64,000 bases of DNA, taken from assembly GCA_977016875.1 (NCBI GenBank), contig CDRNST010000144.1, positions 744,001-808,000 on the forward strand. Direction: 5' to 3'. A program made the translations under genes and the position numbers. The notes under the pieces were generated by a model, which saw nothing but the letters and a program-made list of their open reading frames with translations, made no database searches and had not been told where the DNA came from. The stretch comes from Pavona decussata. Taxonomy: Eukaryota. Below are positions 62,236-64,000 of the stretch, piece by piece; the first letter of the stretch is position 1; every line of letters begins with the position of its first letter.

Positions 62236-64000
62236 ACCTTGTAACAACAACTGTGAATTCATTGGCTTTTTAACGTCAATTTAACCAATATAATCAATCC
62301 CAAAAAAACTAAGAAAAGTTACGTCTTTTCAATTTATATGATTCTGGTATATGAAAATTTAACTGTCCACTGTCTTTTGTATAATGGCGAGACTAGTAAG
62401 TTTCAGACTTTCAGTCTATTTCAATGTGACTGTTTCCTTTGTGGTCCGAGTCTAACTGCTGAATAATCAGGCATGCCTCTTTAACATCAGAACACGTGTA
62501 TTATTCTTCGGTGTCGAAAGGGTTTGTTTCTGGCTCGTCGAGAATATCCAGTTGTGACTTCGGGACAGCTAGTCTGGTGTTGCAAGGCCGTCACGCCTTG
62601 AAACACGGACTACTGAGCCAAGAGTATTGATAGAGATTGGAAAAGGATTGACATGCTGAAACTGTATTCCTAAAGACTGACACCGTAACTTTCCCATTGA
62701 TGTTACAAAATGTTCAGCCGGTTTTTGAACAATACTTTCAACTCAGAGAATGTCATAATGCTGATTAATTTAAAAGCGTTGAAAGAGGAGCCGGTATTAT
62801 GGATGATTTAAATTTATAAAACCGCTCCATTGAGCATCACATCAAACTGTTCTTTTCCGAACCAAAAACTAAAGGAAAGTCATAGCCAACAAAATTTTTA
62901 TGTGAACGTTCTTTGTTGTTGTTGTTTTGCTTATTTTAGTGCTCGTTTGCTGATTTCGTGTCGAAAAATCAAAATGATCTTGAATCAGAAGAAGGGTCCA
63001 ATTGTAAAGCGTGCCAAGTGGTTACGCATCGGCTCGTCGACTTGAGCTAGCGAGGTCTGTTGCTTTCCTTTTCAGCAAATTTTCCTCTTTTATAAAATGA
63101 ACCCATGTTGAAATCCATCTTTGATTAATAAAGTTTTGTTTAGATTTCTGCGAAGTTCCCTTTTGCTCTGAACTGATATCTTTATACCTTCTTCATTACT
63201 ATTTTCCTTTTTTTTTCCGAAATTTGCCCAAAATTCTGCTAAAAAAAATTGGAATTTCTGCCGGCCGAAAGTAGTTAGTGATTTTTTATGCTCGCAATAT
63301 TATTCTGCCGGGGGAACACAAGACACAAGATAGTGGAGTCAAAGCCCATTTTGCCGTTGTTGTTCTAGCTGCAACTCAGTTGGGTTTGCAATTTTTAATG
63401 GCATTTCTTATTCAATTCCAGTTTCTATGGGAAATTTCTCAATACATTGTGAAAAAGTGAAACACAAATTTTTTTTGTACATCGTTTCTTTTGGCTGACA
63501 ATAAAAAAAAAAACGACTCACTCGCAAATGCTTTCTGCACATGAACTAAGAAGAGACCAAACAAGTTGGCATCTGAATCGGGCCTAACGGACTTGACAAT
63601 TGAACAGTACATCACAAAAGCACACAATACGTTATGGGGGGACTAAGTGGGACCCTTTCTCTCTCTTCTCTCGTAAAACTTACTTAGGCACTTAACTTTA
63701 ACTAAGTGCTTATGCTAGTTTACGCATGATTTAGGTGAAATTGTTTATGCCGTTCGAAGGTATACGTGCAGAGCCTTAGTTGGGCTTTTTTTTTCTTATC
63801 TATGTTCTCTTTTCGGGTTCTCCTTTTTTTTGCTTACCACATACATTTTTGTTAGATTTACAAGGTTTTAAATTTGCCCTTCGCAAAACGAAAAACGAAT
63901 GTTACATGAGAGGTCATCCCTGTAATAACCTCAGCCGTCTTGAAGCAAACAAAAGAAATAGTTTCCCAAGAGGTCCGCATGCTCCTCTCAATAAGTTCCC

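Overview
Eukaryotic, AT-rich, intron-bearing DNA, most likely from a cnidarian (stony-coral-like repeat families; inferred). I recognise no intact host gene, RNA gene or CRISPR array. The window is a nested set of mostly decayed mobile elements. Clearly identifiable: an internally deleted BEL/Pao LTR retrotransposon (37.1-41.6 kb), a degenerate R2-clade retrotransposon (42.6-45.6 kb), a near-intact full-length L1/Tx1 LINE with target-site duplication (48.9-54.4 kb), a Penelope GIY-YIG fragment, a CR1/L2-type 3' end, KDZ transposase and CxC5 exons, a Sola-like transposase N-terminus and many MITEs. Beneath these insertions lies an older layer of decayed, partly spliced genes that the ORF track mostly misses: a DUF3987/YfjI-type ATPase-helicase, an RPA-like OB-fold/Zn-ribbon protein, a Helitron-like Rep N-terminus, two copies of a small ORF resembling the primase large subunit C-terminal domain (one followed by a histone-type 3' stem-loop), a SETD8-like SET gene, an Arg/Glu-rich CCHC zinc-knuckle gene and a double-C2H2/acidic ORF. 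Together these suggest one or more giant mobile elements or endogenous viruses with their own replication and chromatin toolkit. Family assignments come from manual motif recognition, not database searches; some coordinates are approximate.
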